From the NCBI GenBank assembly GCA_002299555.1, contig DBOL01000055.1, positions 1-58,091 on the forward strand: a stretch of DNA of 58,091 nucleotides. The letters run 5' to 3'. Below the pieces are notes generated by a model that ran no database searches, had not been told where the DNA came from, and was given only the letters and a program-made list of their open reading frames with translations. The DNA is from Candidatus Aminicenantes bacterium UBA647 (GTDB taxonomy: Bacteria; Acidobacteriota; Aminicenantia; UBA2199). Position numbers and translations under genes: made by a program. Positions 17,875 to 27,192 of this stretch are shown here, in pieces (within the stretch, counting starts at the first letter, position 1; every line of letters starts with the position of its first letter).

Positions 17875-18630
17875 GTGATAATAACAATCGCAAATCAGAA
17901 AGGGGGTGTGGGCAAAACCACTACTTCCATCAATTTGTCAGCAGCATTGGCTTTCCTGGGATATAAAACATTACTTATAGATCTTGACCCTCAAGCTAAC
18001 TCAACAGTTACTTTTATAGATCATGGAAGTATTGAAAATTCCGCATATGATCTGCTTGAGAACAGTGAGTTGGGATTTGAGGAGGTTGTTAAACCAACCT
18101 CGGTAATAAACCTGTCAATAATTCCTGCAGATATCTCAATGGCAAAACTAGAATCAAAGCTGATCGGTGAAATAGACAGCCATTTCAGACTGAAAGACAG
18201 ACTGGATACTTTCAAATTCAAATACGATTTCATCGTAATAGACACGCCTCCCACACTGGGATTGATAACAATCAACTCTTTTGTTGCCGCTACACATCTG
18301 CTGATACCAATTCAAAGTTCCTATTTTGCACTTGAAGGGACTGACGACCTTCTTGAAACCTTTGAAAAAGTAAGAATAAGGAGCAACCCGAATCTTTCAT
18401 TACTTGGAGTTCTGATAACCATGCATGACAAGAGGGTTGTAATAGCACAGGACAGCGAAAAGCATATCAAAAAATTATTCGGAGACAAAGTATTTAAAAC
18501 CAAAATATCAAGGAGCGTAAGGCTGGAAGAGAGTCCTGCCTATAAAGAATCGATCTTTACTTTTGCTCCCAATTCCAAAGGTGCATCTCAATACAAAAAA
18601 CTCGCCGAGGAGATAGTTAAAAATGACTAA
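17875..18630 (+). CDS. parA: ParA/Soj family ATPase
   Basis: NQKGGVGKTT deviant Walker A, DLDPQAN, IDTPP, and RLEESP. SD-supported GTG start; the TTG in the ORF track is the -35 box. Confidence 0.95.
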   Translation: MIITIANQKGGVGKTTTSINLSAALAFLGYKTLLIDLDPQANSTVTFIDHGSIENSAYDLLENSELGFEEVVKPTSVINLSIIPADISMAKLESKLIGEIDSHFRLKDRLDTFKFKYDFIVIDTPPTLGLITINSFVAATHLLIPIQSSYFALEGTDDLLETFEKVRIRSNPNLSLLGVLITMHDKRVVIAQDSEKHIKKLFGDKVFKTKISRSVRLEESPAYKESIFTFAPNSKGASQYKKLAEEIVKND

Positions 18631-19477
18631 AAAAGTAGGTTTACCGGACTTTGTTAAGTCAAGGCACGATAATCATTTCGTCGAAGAAATATCTTCCAGG
18701 ACAAGAACGTCTATCATTAGAAAGATTCCCGTAGAGAGAATTGTTCCAAACCTTATGCAGCCCAGGAAGGATTTTGGCAACATTGACGAACTTGCAAGAT
18801 CAATAGGGGAGAAGGGCATTCTGGAACCGATACTGGTAAGAGCAAAAGATGGCAAATTTGAGATCATTGCAGGAGAGAGGCGTTTCAGAGCTGCTAAACT
18901 AGCCGGTCTAAGAGAAATTCCATCCATAGAATTTGAAATTCCTGATAATGAAGCTCTCGAGTTATCTATAATAGAGAATATTCAAAGGAAGGACCTTAAT
19001 GTTTATGAACAGGCTTATTCACTGAAATCACTATCAGATATATACGGCTATACTCATGAGGAGATAGCGAAAAAGTTGGGGAAATCAAGGGTTACAATTT
19101 CAGAGCTTCTTCGGATAACCGATCTTCCACCGGATATAATTCAGAAATGTCAGCAATTAAAAATTGAATCTAAAACATTCCTTATAGAGTTGGCAAAAGT
19201 AGAAGATAAAAGTGAAATGTTTGAAATACTTGAAAAATACAAAGAAAAGCCATTCTCCAGAGATGAAATAAAAGAAAGAAGAAAGATGGCCAAATTACCT
19301 ACGCAAAAAACAAAACACAATGAATTCAAGTTCAAGTTCACATCACCGGACAAAAAAGTTAAACTTAATTTCAATATCAGGTCTGAAGAAAATGAAGGGA
19401 ACAAAAAAGAGGTACTGATCTCAGTGCTGAATAATCTTATAAAGGAAATACAAAAAGGCAATATTAAGGATTTGTGA
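18623..19477 (+). CDS. parB: ParB/Spo0J family protein
   Basis: QPRKDF, GILEPILV, IAGERRFRA (CTP-binding), ENIQRKDL and an HTH; 8-nt overlap with parA. Confidence 0.93.
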   Translation: MTKKVGLPDFVKSRHDNHFVEEISSRTRTSIIRKIPVERIVPNLMQPRKDFGNIDELARSIGEKGILEPILVRAKDGKFEIIAGERRFRAAKLAGLREIPSIEFEIPDNEALELSIIENIQRKDLNVYEQAYSLKSLSDIYGYTHEEIAKKLGKSRVTISELLRITDLPPDIIQKCQQLKIESKTFLIELAKVEDKSEMFEILEKYKEKPFSRDEIKERRKMAKLPTQKTKHNEFKFKFTSPDKKVKLNFNIRSEENEGNKKEVLISVLNNLIKEIQKGNIKDL

Positions 19478-19555
19478 TAAAAAACTAACGCAAGTTTACA
19501 TAATATATCTTATCCGAACCAAAACATGTTACTTAACAGCTCAATTGTAAAATCC

Positions 19556-19759
19556 TTACCTGGCATTTTTGGATCTTTTAAGTAACCTGTTGGGAAGAGT
19601 TATTATGGATTTAAGAAGGTCAAATACCGCTCCTACCGCAAATCCGAAAATTCTGAGCGGTAACAACAATATCCATATGATCGGATACAATATCAATGCA
19701 AGTAGAGCTAACGGCCAACTGAAATAGAACAATATCATCCACAGTAAAAATCCTTTCAT
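19556..19759 (-). CDS. Small hydrophobic membrane protein (67 aa)
   Basis: AAGGAG SD before the ATG at 19759; sequence WPLALLALILYPIIWILLLPLRIFG...LPNRLL. Confidence 0.75.
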   Translation of the reverse strand: MKGFLLWMILFYFSWPLALLALILYPIIWILLLPLRIFGFAVGAVFDLLKSIITLPNRLLKRSKNAR

Positions 19760-19868
19760 TTTTTCTCCTTTAATATTTATACTCATATTCGAACATATTA
19801 GTTCTTATATGATTATTTTTCTATTGTCCCCTATCGAATATAAAATATTATATATAACTATTACCAGA

Positions 19869-22442
19869 TTATAAAATATTGTTTATTAAGTGACCTTCCT
19901 TAAAAATAATTTTAAATCCTTTAAAAGTCCGATCTGGTTTCAGGGAAAGATATTGATCATCATCAGATAAATATGAGAATAAAACCGGGAAGATATCTTG
20001 ATTTAAAACTAAATTTTGGTCAAATTTGGACGCTTTTTCTTTGTCCGGCCATCTTATTGCGATCATCGTACCAATTCTATCCCATATAAGATCAGTTGTA
20101 ATATCTTCTCTATTCCAGTTCTTAAGCCCGGTACCATCACCGGTTAGTTGCGGACCGTGATCTCCTATCGCAATAATTATCGCTTGTGGATCATTTTTAG
20201 TGATATTCTCAAAATCCTCTTGCATAAGTTTGTAACTCATTTTTAATCTTTCCATCCACCTTCTTTTTTCTCTTTCATTAATACTACCTGAATTTCCCGT
20301 ATGTCCGGGAAAATTTATATGATTTACAACAAACTTTTTTTCACCATCCTTTAGAGTCAATTCTCTTTTCTTAGCCTGAATTCTCTCAATTGTATGATCA
20401 CCAACAATACCTTCGGTGTCAAATTTCAACTCACCCTGGAAAATTCCTCTCAATAAAACAATGAAAAAATCTAACTCAGAAATTATTTTTTTCTCCTTAG
20501 ATGGATAATACTCTTCAACGAGTTTTCTTGTATTGTCATTTATACTCCCCGTCAAATAATTATTCAATATTTTATATGTTTTATAACCATTACTGTTAAA
20601 TACTCTATTAACTTTTGAATTTCCAGCATATATATCTCTAAGATGTGAAGATGAAAATAAATTTGCATTTGATATGCTTAAAACCCCTCCCATACTTTCC
20701 AGACTAGTGCTCCCTAATGAATATGTATCCTTATACCATTTAAAACCAAACTTAGTAAAAAGAGATTTTATTGTATTAGTTTCGATATTTAAAATATCAT
20801 AGGTTCTTTCATTCATGCTCCCATCATAAACAAGCAAATAAATGCTATTACTACCAGAAAAAGATATTTCAAGTTTATTGTTTGATGATACTTCAATGCT
20901 TTTATTTAAAGTTTCTGATGGAATAAAAATCAAACTTATTGAAAGAACAATGATTAAAGAAAGCCCGAAAATCCTTACTACATTAAATTGCTTTTTGGTT
21001 TTAATTTTTATCGTGAGAAAAAAAGTTGCCAGTAAGATTAACGAAAAATCAATGAAATTTGTGTTATTCCCAGCGTAATAAGCACGAATAATTGGCAATG
21101 AAGTTAACAGAAAAGCGAACAATGATGCAATCATTGCAACTCTTATATTTAGGAATTGTCCATTCGCGATGTATCGAACAAAAGAATATACAATTAATGC
21201 AAATATGGCAAAAATTGCAAAAAATATCAAATAAAATACTCCGGATAAATAATCAGGATTCATCCGTGCCAAATAAATTGCAGGACTTAAGGAAAACATA
21301 AAAACTACAGAAATTGCGGATTTATAATTTATATTTTTTACTGAGTTAATTGATTTATGCTTTGAAGAAATAAGTCCAGTGAAGAAATATACCCATGCTG
21401 TTACATATAAATAATATTTTAGATATATGGTCCTGTCATAGTAATAATTTTTCAGGCAAAACATAATGATTAAGGGTAGTATTAGAACCAACAAATAGAT
21501 TAAAGTGGTAATGGTTTGCTTACTGGTATGATTTTCAATAACGGTAATAGCACTTAAAATTAAAAACGAGATAGTAATAAACAAAAAAAAGTACAAGTTA
21601 CTCGGCATAAGAATTAAAGACATCCCAGTTAATTCTATTGAAAAAATAACATATAGTACCAATAGTGCAAAATAGATTCTTAATAATCCCCGGACTTTTT
21701 TCTTGCTGATAAAATTTATAACTTTATTGTAGTTGTACTTTATTGAAAGAGTATTCTGGTAGTTATAGTTAATTGATTTATTATAATTTAACCTCAGATA
21801 AATTGCGCCTAAAGCAAAAATAATGTTATTGACAGTCCAGTAAATTAACAATGCTGAAGAAGATTTGTAAAGTAATACGAATAAAAATAATGCTATAACA
21901 ATTGATTGATTCCTGGATTTTTTATTAATTTTCGGAATTAAGAATGCAGAGCAAATATTAATAGTAGTCATTAATACAGGTAATAATGATATTGAAAAAC
22001 TGATTATCCCTGAGTGTGATAGTAACAGGTCCGGACGGGACAGATCTTTAATTCCAAGGAAACTAATCCCTTTGAATGCTTCATAATTGTTTAAAATGTA
22101 ATAGGCTGCAAAAAGAAATGGGAGCTGAATAAATATAGGAATTGCTGCCCGTAAAGCCAAAATCGGATGGTAGCTATATCTTTTATACAAATTACTAATT
22201 CTTTGGTGTTTTTCAACTCCGGTTGTTTCTTTATTTATCTTATCAATTTGAGGTTGCAAAACAGCTTGTATTTGTATTTCTCTTTCAGGGAATTTTTTAA
22301 AAAAACTTTTTAAAGAAAACATTAAAATACTTGTAATGATTGATAAGAGAATTAAAGAAGTGCCAAAATTATTTGTTGATGTGTAGAGAAAATTGTAAAG
22401 ATTCTCAATTATTAAAATAAATGGATATAAAATTTTATTCAT
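19869..22442 (-). CDS. Fusion: N-terminal YidC/Oxa1-like domain, multi-TM domain and C-terminal sulfatase/alkaline-phosphatase-superfamily domain
   Basis: YidC motifs: LQPQIDKI, PIFIQLP, DLSRPD, LLIYWTVNN. Metal-ligand motifs of the AP superfamily: LLVYDG, NFPGH, IGDHG. Confidence 0.85.
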   Translation of the reverse strand: MNKILYPFILIIENLYNFLYTSTNNFGTSLILLSIITSILMFSLKSFFKKFPEREIQIQAVLQPQIDKINKETTGVEKHQRISNLYKRYSYHPILALRAAIPIFIQLPFLFAAYYILNNYEAFKGISFLGIKDLSRPDLLLSHSGIISFSISLLPVLMTTINICSAFLIPKINKKSRNQSIVIALFLFVLLYKSSSALLIYWTVNNIIFALGAIYLRLNYNKSINYNYQNTLSIKYNYNKVINFISKKKVRGLLRIYFALLVLYVIFSIELTGMSLILMPSNLYFFLFITISFLILSAITVIENHTSKQTITTLIYLLVLILPLIIMFCLKNYYYDRTIYLKYYLYVTAWVYFFTGLISSKHKSINSVKNINYKSAISVVFMFSLSPAIYLARMNPDYLSGVFYLIFFAIFAIFALIVYSFVRYIANGQFLNIRVAMIASLFAFLLTSLPIIRAYYAGNNTNFIDFSLILLATFFLTIKIKTKKQFNVVRIFGLSLIIVLSISLIFIPSETLNKSIEVSSNNKLEISFSGSNSIYLLVYDGSMNERTYDILNIETNTIKSLFTKFGFKWYKDTYSLGSTSLESMGGVLSISNANLFSSSHLRDIYAGNSKVNRVFNSNGYKTYKILNNYLTGSINDNTRKLVEEYYPSKEKKIISELDFFIVLLRGIFQGELKFDTEGIVGDHTIERIQAKKRELTLKDGEKKFVVNHINFPGHTGNSGSINEREKRRWMERLKMSYKLMQEDFENITKNDPQAIIIAIGDHGPQLTGDGTGLKNWNREDITTDLIWDRIGTMIAIRWPDKEKASKFDQNLVLNQDIFPVLFSYLSDDDQYLSLKPDRTFKGFKIIFKEGHLINNIL

Positions 22443-23694
22443 AATTCTCTTTGAATTTAAGTTGCTGTACTATGGCTGCGGCAGAACACCCGTAGTTTGA
22501 AACAATTGAATCTCTAAGGTTTTTCATGCGTACTACATCAAATTCATTATTTATCTTCAAAATATACTTTTCAATATCTATTAATTCTTCTGAATTTAAA
22601 ACATATCCAATTTCCCTTCCGGCTTCATCTATCAAAATTGAAGATATATCATCTCTCTCGTAACCTGGCATTGCACTTAGAGGTATTTTTAAAGTAATTA
22701 CTGGTTTACAATAAATAAAGGCATAGTCATATCTAAGTGAAGAAGTATCAGAAATCAACAAATCAGCAATACTCATTGATGGATTCGGGTCAATGGCTTC
22801 ATCCCAGCAAATATTCGGAATGTTCTTTAACTCTCTTTTATACTTTTCAATCAGTGATTTTTCTGATTTTAGTGATTGAGGATGAGGCCTGAAGATTATA
22901 TTTACATCTCCTTTAGCAAGCTTTTTTATAAAGCCTGTACCATAATAATTCAATAATCCTTTCTTTCCCCAAGATGAACCAATTAAAATTGTTTTATTTG
23001 GATTTTCATTTCTTGAGCTTACCTTCCCTTTCAAAAGTTCATCTAGATAAGGTAATCCTAATGGAGTCAATTTTTTAGTTTTAATACCCCGCTTTTCCTC
23101 AATTTCTCTAATTGCTTTTTTCTGAAAATCCCCTGCCATATAAACTTCATCGTAAAAATCCAGGGAATGTTTTTTATATATTGAAATATCGCTTACCGAG
23201 TGAAAAAAATGGATCATTCTTTTTATATTTTTTGGTCTGGGGAGATAACCTTCTGCTCCAATATTTGGTGTGGTTGTTAAAAGTATATCTCCTTTTATTG
23301 CCATAAATTTTGCTCTTGAGGATATGCCATACCTGAGAAATTTTGAGTTAATAAATTCATTTTCTATGAGCAATGCCGGATCTTCAATATCTATCGAATA
23401 GTAATAAAAAACAATCTTTGATTTTATCAATTCATCTATTATCGCTCTATAGGAATTCCAATATTGTTTGCCTTCACTAAAAATAGAAATACTTATCTGA
23501 TTCTTTCTTTTCTTTTTTTCTTTCAACTCTTTTTTGTTTTTTCGGATCAATCTTATAATCAATTCCTTCATTCCATAACCTATGGCAACAAATCCTGATA
23601 TAACAATATTTATTAGAGCAGTTCCGGTTCCCGGATCTAAATATGCATAAAGTACACCCGATAAAAGGAAAAGTAATAGAGTAAAAACCAACAT
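22435..23694 (-). CDS. CDP-glycerol glycerophosphotransferase (TagB/TagF)-like protein with signal peptide, YLDPGTG and TM head
   Basis: HFFHS, GLPYLD, GSSWG, FRPHPQS, ADLLISDTSS and KPVI correspond to the TagF-family motifs; 8-nt overlap with the next gene. Confidence 0.8.
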   Translation of the reverse strand: MLVFTLLLFLLSGVLYAYLDPGTGTALINIVISGFVAIGYGMKELIIRLIRKNKKELKEKKKRKNQISISIFSEGKQYWNSYRAIIDELIKSKIVFYYYSIDIEDPALLIENEFINSKFLRYGISSRAKFMAIKGDILLTTTPNIGAEGYLPRPKNIKRMIHFFHSVSDISIYKKHSLDFYDEVYMAGDFQKKAIREIEEKRGIKTKKLTPLGLPYLDELLKGKVSSRNENPNKTILIGSSWGKKGLLNYYGTGFIKKLAKGDVNIIFRPHPQSLKSEKSLIEKYKRELKNIPNICWDEAIDPNPSMSIADLLISDTSSLRYDYAFIYCKPVITLKIPLSAMPGYERDDISSILIDEAGREIGYVLNSEELIDIEKYILKINNEFDVVRMKNLRDSIVSNYGCSAAAIVQQLKFKENYE

Positions 23695-23734
23695 TAAAAC
23701 CCACTTTTAGTAAGATAAATTTCAAACATAGGAT

Positions 23735-23813
23735 TGATGCAAATATGAGAAGTTTTAATACCGGGAATTAAGCAATTGATGAAAAATATCAATTATTGTT
23801 TCCCGTTGCATCA
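23735..23813 (-). other. Nested inverted repeats in the leader of the TagF-like/YidC-fusion operon
   Basis: Arms TGATGCAA/TTGCATCA (23735-42, 23806-13), CGGGAA/TTCCCG (23762-67, 23800-05) and AATTGAT/ATCAATT (23774-80, 23788-94). Confidence 0.6.
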
Positions 23814-24007
23814 GCAGCCAGACCCGGATAAAGATGGTTTTTATTGTCTTTCGTAAGCGTCAAAAACACTCCTTTTCTAATTTTAATTAATTGAAATTAC
23901 TTTTTCAAGTCAGATTTGTGAACATTCATGGGAAGCATGTCAGCAGAATATATTTATACAACAATACTGCAAGAGAATTGTTTGCACACCTTTAATTATT
24001 TCTTTGT

Positions 24008-24973
24008 CTATTTAATTCCAAATATTTCCTTTAATGGATTTAAGAAATTGTCTATTCTGAATTTTTTTATAAGAAATTCAAATGCGGTTTGCGATGTTTC
24101 ACCCCTATACATCTCATCTTCTTTATTCTGAAGTTTATAGATAGTTATTAAGTTTTCGCTGCTTCCCGTAAGTTTAATAGAGAAAAGCTGCTCTGATGCT
24201 TTCAGTTCATTTCTATCATAAACATACTCGTCACATGATAAGTTCGAAATGGTATTAAGTATAGAGTTTACTTTGGAGTTCTCTATTGGTGTTTTATTGA
24301 ATACCCACTCTGTTTCAGATTCCATTCCATTACTATTTCCTGCGCCACCTTCAACTCTTTTTTTAACCGGGGTAATGGATTTATTCAACACATATTCTTT
24401 TCCATCTATATTTAATATTATCTGTTTTATTTTATCTTTTTCAATCAGGAATACTTTCTTGTATCTCAGATCATCAATTGATTTATCAAGTTCTTTATTA
24501 ATCGATCCTGTTGCATGATAAATCCTCTCATCGCCTTTGATCTTAACATTGGTATGATCATACGTAGAAGCTACTTTGCCGGCATCAAATTCTCTAACCA
24601 TTTCTTTTCCGGTGAACACCTTTACGTTTATTTTTCTGGGATCATCAAGTTCATATTTATAATAATTGCCTGATTTAGAAACAAGGGTCGTTAATTTAAG
24701 ATTACAAACAATATTTTTTATTTTATCTATCTTAAAATCATCTGTTTTAAAACCTTCCTCCCCTACTACCCATCCGCCTTTCCTATTCTCCAGATCAACT
24801 ACCCTTTCACCTTTTGAAATTGAAATTTTTGTTATTGTGTTTGTTTTTATATTTACCAATTCAGGTACTTTGTAATGAACTCTGTCAGTTTTCTTGAAAA
24901 GGATATAAGCAAAAGACAAAACAATTACAATACTAATTATAATGATCTCAAAGTTAATTTTTTTTTTACCCAT
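24008..24973 (-). CDS. DUF4340 domain protein (partner of the GldAFG-like ABC system)
   Basis: N-terminal TM, W.V....D..KI, YELDDP and DLRYKKVF; downstream of a GldG-like gene. AAGGAG SD before the ATG at 24973. Confidence 0.8.
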   Translation of the reverse strand: MGKKKINFEIIIISIVIVLSFAYILFKKTDRVHYKVPELVNIKTNTITKISISKGERVVDLENRKGGWVVGEEGFKTDDFKIDKIKNIVCNLKLTTLVSKSGNYYKYELDDPRKINVKVFTGKEMVREFDAGKVASTYDHTNVKIKGDERIYHATGSINKELDKSIDDLRYKKVFLIEKDKIKQIILNIDGKEYVLNKSITPVKKRVEGGAGNSNGMESETEWVFNKTPIENSKVNSILNTISNLSCDEYVYDRNELKASEQLFSIKLTGSSENLITIYKLQNKEDEMYRGETSQTAFEFLIKKFRIDNFLNPLKEIFGIK

Positions 24974-24983
24974 TTTTATCTCC

Positions 24984-27182
24984 TTACTTATCCTCTGAAT
25001 TAAATATAGCAAATATTTTCCTTCTTCTGTTGTTCCTTCTGATCCAGACTACAATACCGAAAATAACAAACCCCAGAGGAAGACCAGCAATATTCAGAAC
25101 TTTAATAAAAGTTCTGGTAAATGATTTAGTATCTGATACAGGATTGAACTTCTGCTTTTTCCCTCTCATCTCTGCTATTTTCTCTTTCCCGTTAAGATAA
25201 TCCAGAATATTAAGGATGAACGTTGAGTTTGGTGATAATCCATTCTCATCGACCAGATTATTTTTAATTAATTCTGAAGATCCGATCACAAATATCCTTG
25301 CTGCTTTTCCTGTTTTCAAGATCTCACTTGTACTTACAAATTCATTTTTTATCAGCTTTTCAACTTTTTTGTCATCTCCCTTATCATCTTCTTTCTCTTT
25401 TTTCACAGGTTTTTCAGGAATGGTCTTATCTGCAAAATAACTCGAGAACTTCCCCTCGGCAATATATGCGAGATCCATTTGTGATTTTTCTTCATCTGAT
25501 TGCGGAGGCTTTATCATCATAGGCATGAGGTTGATCTTACCCTTCATCTCCCAGGATCTGGAGGAAGACGAAAATACTTTTGAATATTTCACTCCCTCTC
25601 TTTTCTCGATCTCCAAAGGTGATACTTTTATAGCAACCAGATGTTTAATATTTTTCAAAAACCCGAATTTATGATTAATATTTTCATTTTTGATAACCGG
25701 AGCAAAATATATGGGCATCTCATTGTTATTCTGATCCCTGTTAACATAACAACTCTCATCCAGAAGATAAGATTTTTTCGAAGTTATCCCGTAATGAGAG
25801 ATGAGTTTATCTATTCCAGTATTTAAAGGCATATAAACAGGCTGCCTGTAACCATACATTTGCTGACTTTGCTGCTGTTTTATCTCTCTGAATGAGTCAA
25901 TCATTATTGCCAGGGAGCCACCTTTCATTAAAAACTGATCTATCATGAATAGTTCCCAATCAGTAAAATTTTGAGTCGGCCCGGCAACTATAAGAGTATC
26001 AATATTATCCGGAATTTCCCCTCCATCTTTAAGACTTACTTCTTTCAGGGTGTACTCTTTATTAACCAGTGATTTAAAGTTTGAGATCTCAGATTGAGGC
26101 TGCTGCTGAAACATCTGCATCTGAGGTGAGGTCTGGGCAGATATTGACAATGTTCCATTTGAAATAAGGTAACCGATATCTTCATTAATGTTTATTACTT
26201 TATCTATATTGTCATTAATGAAAGTTTCAATTTCTTCATCACCTATTATAAAATATTCTTCCTGAATACCTTTGTTCGTAAGGTTCAGTTTTTTTGACAT
26301 CAGATTTTTCTGGACAGAGATCCCGTCGTATTCAAGGCCGATTGCGATCACTCCTCTTCCAGGATCAACTGTTTTTCCTTCGGGAGATTTTAACTCCGGC
26401 CACTCTATACCCATATGTTTGAATCCGGATATAATATTCTCAGGAACGGATCCTGAAGAAGGATCATATGACCTGATTTCCAGTTTTCCATAAACCTTAT
26501 GATTCACTTTCTCAATTATTTTTCCTATCCTTGATTCGATCTTGTCAAGATCCTCCAACTTGATAAGCGGGGCTATTAATGACAGAGAGGATGAGTTGAG
26601 GATGTTGATCTTGATATTCTCTTTAAGTTTAAGTAGAGCTGATATTTTATTGCTCAATTTCTGTATCGTCGTTGTTATCTTATATTCAAGATCTTCAGTA
26701 GAAATTATAGCGGGGATCTTCTCGACAAGATCTCCGTGTATAAATACCATCCCCATGTAAGCTTTCTGTATCTTTGCTTCATCCTGTTCAATTTTTTGAA
26801 CATTTACCGGATAGATTCCGTAACTTTTTGCAATTTTTCTGTTTTCTTCAGCTTTTTCGCTCAAATCACCCTCTTTAGCATTTACATCATAAAACCTGAA
26901 ACTAAGATTCTTATTCGAGTTGATCTCATATTCCTCCAGTATGTCATGAAGATATCTCTCAACATTATTATATGGAGAAGGGAGATTCTTAGAGAAAAAA
27001 ACATTGATAGTTAAAGGTTCAGTTAAAGAATTAACTGCCTCTTCTGAAGCATCGGAAAGTGAATAAAGTCCGCTCGATGTAAGATCTGCCCTGAAGTAGA
27101 TACTTCCTGCTGCAACGTTTATTAATAAAAGCATTATCAGATATAATCCGAATTTGTAATATTTATTTTTATTTTCATTCAT
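24984..27182 (-). CDS. GldG-family ABC-system auxiliary protein
   Basis: RADLTSSGLYSLS, GMVFIHG, LEYKITTTI, LIVAGP, DQFLMKGG and a C-terminal TM helix. Confidence 0.88.
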   Translation of the reverse strand: MNENKNKYYKFGLYLIMLLLINVAAGSIYFRADLTSSGLYSLSDASEEAVNSLTEPLTINVFFSKNLPSPYNNVERYLHDILEEYEINSNKNLSFRFYDVNAKEGDLSEKAEENRKIAKSYGIYPVNVQKIEQDEAKIQKAYMGMVFIHGDLVEKIPAIISTEDLEYKITTTIQKLSNKISALLKLKENIKINILNSSSLSLIAPLIKLEDLDKIESRIGKIIEKVNHKVYGKLEIRSYDPSSGSVPENIISGFKHMGIEWPELKSPEGKTVDPGRGVIAIGLEYDGISVQKNLMSKKLNLTNKGIQEEYFIIGDEEIETFINDNIDKVININEDIGYLISNGTLSISAQTSPQMQMFQQQPQSEISNFKSLVNKEYTLKEVSLKDGGEIPDNIDTLIVAGPTQNFTDWELFMIDQFLMKGGSLAIMIDSFREIKQQQSQQMYGYRQPVYMPLNTGIDKLISHYGITSKKSYLLDESCYVNRDQNNNEMPIYFAPVIKNENINHKFGFLKNIKHLVAIKVSPLEIEKREGVKYSKVFSSSSRSWEMKGKINLMPMMIKPPQSDEEKSQMDLAYIAEGKFSSYFADKTIPEKPVKKEKEDDKGDDKKVEKLIKNEFVSTSEILKTGKAARIFVIGSSELIKNNLVDENGLSPNSTFILNILDYLNGKEKIAEMRGKKQKFNPVSDTKSFTRTFIKVLNIAGLPLGFVIFGIVVWIRRNNRRRKIFAIFNSEDK

Positions 27183-27192
27183 TTTCTTTCTC

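Noticed and set aside
17797-19555. oriC or canonical parS near parAB
   Set aside because: No TGTTTCACGTGAAACA-like site, DnaA-box cluster or dnaA/gidA context was seen.
19869-22442. Housekeeping yidC
   Set aside because: It is not in the rpmH-rnpA-yidD-yidC context, lacks the groove Arg and carries a large enzymatic fusion.
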